Assembly (NCBI GenBank): GCA_048938855.1
Contig: JBHLLT010000039.1
Location: 1-20,266, forward strand
DNA length: 20,266 bases
Direction: 5' to 3'
Source of the DNA: Promethearchaeota archaeon
Lineage (GTDB): Archaea; Asgardarchaeota; Lokiarchaeia; Sigyniarchaeales; SOKP01
This document shows positions 16,527 to 20,266 of this stretch, piece by piece. Made by a program: the position numbers and the translations under genes. Every line of letters begins with the position of its first letter. Position 1 is the stretch's first letter. The notes under the pieces are model-generated. The model saw nothing but the letters and a program-made list of their open reading frames with translations. It had not been told where the DNA came from and ran no database searches.

Positions 16527-17369
16527 TCATGTTCGATTTTGTAAAGAGTTTGTGTATTCCACCCTATCCAGCCAATTTAAAACTAGAGAATTAAACAATT
16601 GCTCTTGTTCAATCTGTAAATTATGACCAGCTTGATCTAATATTGCAAATGTAGCTCTAGGATAATTCTCTATAATACTCCATGCGTCACGATAACCAAC
16701 AGCTATATCTTGTCTTCCAAGCAAAAACAAAGTCGGTTTGTCAAATCTGCCCAGTATTTCATCTATATTGAAAGAAAATGGATACCCTTTTTCAAATAAA
16801 TTATTTAAAAATACCTGATCTGCAATTTTTAAGCCAGATTGGACTTCATCCTTATATCTTTCCCAATTTTTAAGGCTCTGAACTATTAATGAATTCTCTA
16901 ATTCCTCAACTTCTGAAGGACTTAAACTTGAAATTAAATTATTATCTCTTTTTAGAACACTAAATTCTTTTGGTAAAGTTCGTTTATTTGGCTGAGGAAC
17001 TATAAGAGGACAAATAAATAAGACTCCATCTATAAATTCAGATCTTTTATGAATCAAGCCTCGTGCTAGATAACACCCATAAGATTCACTAGCAATTATA
17101 AATCTCTTATTCGGAATAATTTTATCTATAAATTCCAAAATGACATTAAGCATTTGATCTGAATTTTTTAACCATTTTGGTCCGGATGTGTTCCCCATTC
17201 CCGGTAAATCAAAATAAATTCGTTTATAACTATTCTTTTCTTTAAAAAGAGGCTCCATACATCCTTTCATTAAACGATGATCCGGTGTAAATCCATGGAT
17301 CATCAAAATAGGATAGCCTAGACCATATTCTTCATAATATATTGTTAAGTCTCTAAGATTACAATCCAT
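16527..17369 (-). CDS. Alpha/beta hydrolase
   Basis: 280 aa. MIHGF, DLPGMG, nucleophile elbow SESYG, GRQD and AGHNLQIEQ (Ser-Asp-His triad). Confidence 0.9.
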   Translation of the reverse strand: MDCNLRDLTIYYEEYGLGYPILMIHGFTPDHRLMKGCMEPLFKEKNSYKRIYFDLPGMGNTSGPKWLKNSDQMLNVILEFIDKIIPNKRFIIASESYGCYLARGLIHKRSEFIDGVLFICPLIVPQPNKRTLPKEFSVLKRDNNLISSLSPSEVEELENSLIVQSLKNWERYKDEVQSGLKIADQVFLNNLFEKGYPFSFNIDEILGRFDKPTLFLLGRQDIAVGYRDAWSIIENYPRATFAILDQAGHNLQIEQEQLFNSLVLNWLDRVEYTNSLQNRT

Positions 17370-17390
17370 GATATTTAATTTAATTAATAT

Positions 17391-17468
17391 TATTGAATAA
17401 AATTTTTCCCAGTCTATTTTTTTAGATTGTAATATTAATTTTTTTAAAATATAATGAAATCTTTAAAT
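17391..17468. promoter_or_regulatory. Divergent archaeal promoters
   Basis: + strand GAAATCTTTAAA (TTTAAA at 17462-17467) lies about 30 bp before ATG 17496. - strand GGGAAAAATTTTAT lies about 30 bp before ATG 17369. Confidence 0.5.
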
Positions 17469-17495
17469 TTGTAAAAGTTTAATATTGAATATAGA

Positions 17496-18395
17496 ATGGA
17501 GCTTTCTTTATATTGGTTAGGAGTTCTGTTAGCAGTCTTAGCAGGTATGATAACACAGTTAGGCTCTGTGTTCCAAAAAAAAGCTGTAAATGAAAAATCC
17601 TCGGATTCAGGATTCATGAAAAGTTTAGTTAAAAGTCCTACATGGCTTTTGGGTGTATTTCTAAGTTTTGGAATTAGTTCGATATTTTTTTTAATAGCTC
17701 AGGGTTTTATTGGTCCAGCACTTATACCGGGGCTTATGTCCTTAGGATTAATAGTCTTAGTTATAGGTTCTATAAAGCTCGTGGGAGAAAAGTTAAAATT
17801 AGAGGAGTATTTGGGAATTTTGTTAATGATAACAGGAACACTATTACTAAGCTTAAGTCAATTATCAATTGAAATAATTGAAGCTGATTTATTAGAAATA
17901 TGGTATCTAATCCGGCTAATCCTCTATACTATAATTCTTTTTATCTTATCACTATTATGTTATATTTTTCAAAAGAAAAGTAACAGATTTAAAGGTATAC
18001 TTTTAGCAATCTTATCAGGTTTAATGTTTGCTCTAGGAAATCTATGGGTAAGTCAACTTATTGGAACAATAACAGATGTTTTTAGTGGAAATTTTAATAT
18101 ACCTCAACTGATATTATGCATAACCGCAATAATAATATTAATTTTATGTAATGTTTATGGCCTAACGACTATACAGCATGCTTATCGAGTAGGTCAGGCA
18201 AGTAATTTGATTCCCATCCAAAATGTGCCTTCATTAATATCTCCGATTTTTATATATTTCTTAGTGTTTCTTATGAACCCCCCATTTATCTATTCTATAT
18301 TCTTTTTAGCATCTGGAGTATCACTGATTATAGTAAGTTTTTTTTTATTAGGAAAGCGATCAGCAAGAATGGAAGAATTAAATAGAGAATCATAA
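17496..18395 (+). CDS. DMT-superfamily membrane transporter (NIPA-like)
   Basis: 299 aa with about 9 hydrophobic helices. The pattern GVLLAVLA...QKKAV...LVKSPTWLLG...GPALIPGL...GEKL resembles DMT/NIPA Mg-transporter N-termini. Confidence 0.7.
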   Translation: MELSLYWLGVLLAVLAGMITQLGSVFQKKAVNEKSSDSGFMKSLVKSPTWLLGVFLSFGISSIFFLIAQGFIGPALIPGLMSLGLIVLVIGSIKLVGEKLKLEEYLGILLMITGTLLLSLSQLSIEIIEADLLEIWYLIRLILYTIILFILSLLCYIFQKKSNRFKGILLAILSGLMFALGNLWVSQLIGTITDVFSGNFNIPQLILCITAIIILILCNVYGLTTIQHAYRVGQASNLIPIQNVPSLISPIFIYFLVFLMNPPFIYSIFFLASGVSLIIVSFFLLGKRSARMEELNRES

Positions 18396-18407
18396 TTCTG
18401 AGACAAT

Positions 18408-19202
18408 ATGACAAAGATTATATTTTTTCAAGCTCACCCTGATGATTTAGAACATAAATGTGGCCATTTAATGCATTATATTGTGAATAAAGGAAAAGAT
18501 AAGTATAAAATTAGAATTGTTTCTATTACTAAAGGAGAGTATGGACTTCCTGGATCTAAATATGATAAGTTCAAAGGTGATTTATTAGCAAGAATTAGAA
18601 CCAAAGAACTTATAGAAGCAGAAAGAATTCATGGGCTCTCTCCCGAAAATATTGATTTTTTGGGATATATTGATGGATTCGTCCCATTTAATAAAGAATT
18701 TGTTAACAAGATTGCTCAGTATTTAGCTAAAGAGAAGCCAGATATAATAATTGCCCCAGAGGCAATTTACTCATGGTATTATCATATGGATCACATCAAT
18801 ACTGGTAAAGCAATATTTTATATTATTTTTAATAGTTTAATTGATTTCAAACCAATACTTTATTTCTATACTTCTTTACACCCGAATTTCTTTTTTGGAT
18901 TTAAAAGAGAAGACATTAAGAGTTTAACACATAAATTAATTGCATGTCATAAAACTCAACATTGGCTTTTAAGATATACGATGATTCCTTATCGTCCATT
19001 TAACAGATTCGCTGGAAGGAAGCTTCCTGGTTGGAAGTATGCTGAACCCTACCGACGTGTATATTTTAACCAAAAGAATCTAATCAAAAACAAACAACCT
19101 ATTATAGTAAGAATATTTACACATTTTTTTGCAAATATCCCATGGACTAAAGCAAAATATCCAAAAGAAATATTGATAAAACTTAAGAAAAATAACAAAT
19201 GA
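18408..19202 (+). CDS. PIG-L / LmbE family N-acetyl deacetylase
   Basis: 264 aa. AHPDD, ITKGEYG, RTKE, LGYIDG, PDIIIAP, HMDH, CHKTQ and AEPY. Confidence 0.9.
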   Translation: MTKIIFFQAHPDDLEHKCGHLMHYIVNKGKDKYKIRIVSITKGEYGLPGSKYDKFKGDLLARIRTKELIEAERIHGLSPENIDFLGYIDGFVPFNKEFVNKIAQYLAKEKPDIIIAPEAIYSWYYHMDHINTGKAIFYIIFNSLIDFKPILYFYTSLHPNFFFGFKREDIKSLTHKLIACHKTQHWLLRYTMIPYRPFNRFAGRKLPGWKYAEPYRRVYFNQKNLIKNKQPIIVRIFTHFFANIPWTKAKYPKEILIKLKKNNK

Positions 19203-19242
19203 AAAATACAAAAGAAAAAAAAATTTCTAGATGTGAAAATTT

Positions 19243-19587
19243 ATGGCTACAGCTGAAGAATTAAAACTAGCCTTAGAAAGCTGGGCAAAAAAACTTGATG
19301 AACCAGAAATTGCTGAAGAATTTGAAGATTTTGATAAAACTATGCAATTTATATTTCCAGATGTTAATTATAAAGTCCAATTGATTTTTGAAAATAAAAA
19401 GGCAAGAGTAGAAGAAGGCTTTAATGAGAATGCTGAAATGAGTTTAGAAGTTGAATCTGATCTTTTCCTAAGTATATCAACTGGAGAAATCGACCCAATG
19501 GAAGCTTTTATGGATGGTACACTTAAACCAAAAGGGACAATGTCTGATTTGGAAAGATTGGAGATTTTTATGGACGATATTGACTAA
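19243..19587 (+). CDS. Stand-alone SCP2 sterol/lipid-binding domain protein
   Basis: 114 aa, acidic. The C-terminal DLFLSISTGEIDPMEAFMDGTLKPKG is the SCP2 signature. Confidence 0.85.
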   Translation: MATAEELKLALESWAKKLDEPEIAEEFEDFDKTMQFIFPDVNYKVQLIFENKKARVEEGFNENAEMSLEVESDLFLSISTGEIDPMEAFMDGTLKPKGTMSDLERLEIFMDDID

Positions 19588-19604
19588 AAAGGTGAGATAT
19601 TTAA

Positions 19605-20266
19605 ATGGTTGAGCCAATAGGTTATAATAAAAAAAGAGCGAGTGAAATTCTTGAGAAATTTGGAGTTGATGCTTTAATTGCTACAACACCTGTAAATGTT
19701 TTTTATACTACCGGGATTCCTACATTACACGTTGCACCTAATCCCATCTTATTTGTATTATATAATCAATATCCTAGCTTCTCAATAATAACTAACGATG
19801 GAGAAGTATGTTTGTTAATATGGGGTTTGTATGATAGTATTGAAAAATTTTCTTGGGTTAAAGATTATGAACGTGTTGGTTCTCCTAAAGCAGGTTTAAA
19901 GTTGCTCGAAGAGAAGTTAGAAAGTTTTGGTTTAAGAACTGGAAAAATAGGTCTTGAAACTCTTATGCCAAGATATCAATCAGAATTTCTACGAAGAATA
20001 TTTCCAAATGCTGCTTTTGTTGATGGCGATAATATGTTTTTAGAAATGCGATTGATCAAATCTGAAGAGGAGATAAATAGAATTAAAAATTCAACTCAAA
20101 TAGCTGAAAAAGCTATTCTCAATTGTATCGAATCTTTAAAAGAAGGAATTACAGATATTGAATTACTTAAAATAGCCAGAAGATCCATTGTGAATGAAGG
20201 AGCAGAAGGTTGGGACCATTTAACCATGAATATAGGGGATTCAGATCCAGAGGCTCCTGGTGTTGG
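19605..20266 (+). CDS. M24 family (Xaa-Pro peptidase/creatinase-like) protein, truncated by the window end
   Basis: Not in the ORF track. ATG 19605 follows a GGTGA ribosome-binding site and stays open to the end of the window: MVEPIGYNKKRASEILEKFGVDALIATTPVNVFYTTG...KIGLE...EMRLIKSEEEINRIK...LKEGITDIEL. Confidence 0.88.
   Translation, partial: MVEPIGYNKKRASEILEKFGVDALIATTPVNVFYTTGIPTLHVAPNPILFVLYNQYPSFSIITNDGEVCLLIWGLYDSIEKFSWVKDYERVGSPKAGLKLLEEKLESFGLRTGKIGLETLMPRYQSEFLRRIFPNAAFVDGDNMFLEMRLIKSEEEINRIKNSTQIAEKAILNCIESLKEGITDIELLKIARRSIVNEGAEGWDHLTMNIGDSDPEAPGV

Noticed and set aside
1-20266. CRISPR arrays, tRNA/rRNA genes, transposases, integrases, reverse transcriptase
   Set aside because: No regularly spaced short repeats, no GC-rich structured RNA islands in the intergenic regions, and no ORF with the relevant motifs.

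Overview
AT-rich archaeal chromosomal segment. The gene content, TATA/BRE-like promoters, GGTGA-type ribosome-binding sites and T-run terminators suggest an Asgard archaeon (Lokiarchaeia-like); this is inferred, not proven. In order, it carries: an NDP-forming acyl-CoA synthetase alpha subunit; two tandem paralogous secreted HEFQH zinc metalloproteases (2667-bp period); an eIF2B-family protein; a membrane-embedded M28 peptidase; a pyruvate/2-oxoacid:ferredoxin oxidoreductase operon (gamma-delta fusion, alpha, beta); a DUF166-like protein; a nitronate monooxygenase/FabK-like flavoprotein; a crotonase; YjbQ; an alpha/beta hydrolase; and a DMT transporter, PIG-L deacetylase, SCP2 and M24 peptidase run cut by the window end. 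No rRNA, tRNA, CRISPR array or mobile element was seen. The main observation is that the oxidoreductase beta subunit is circularly permuted, with new termini inside the GDG...N thiamine-diphosphate motif and all four Fe-S cysteines retained. Second, both protease genes have a homologous upstream region of about 190 bp containing two stems with compensatory base changes, a candidate structured leader RNA. Third, the protease pair diverges in a mosaic way, most around the active site and least at the 3' end.
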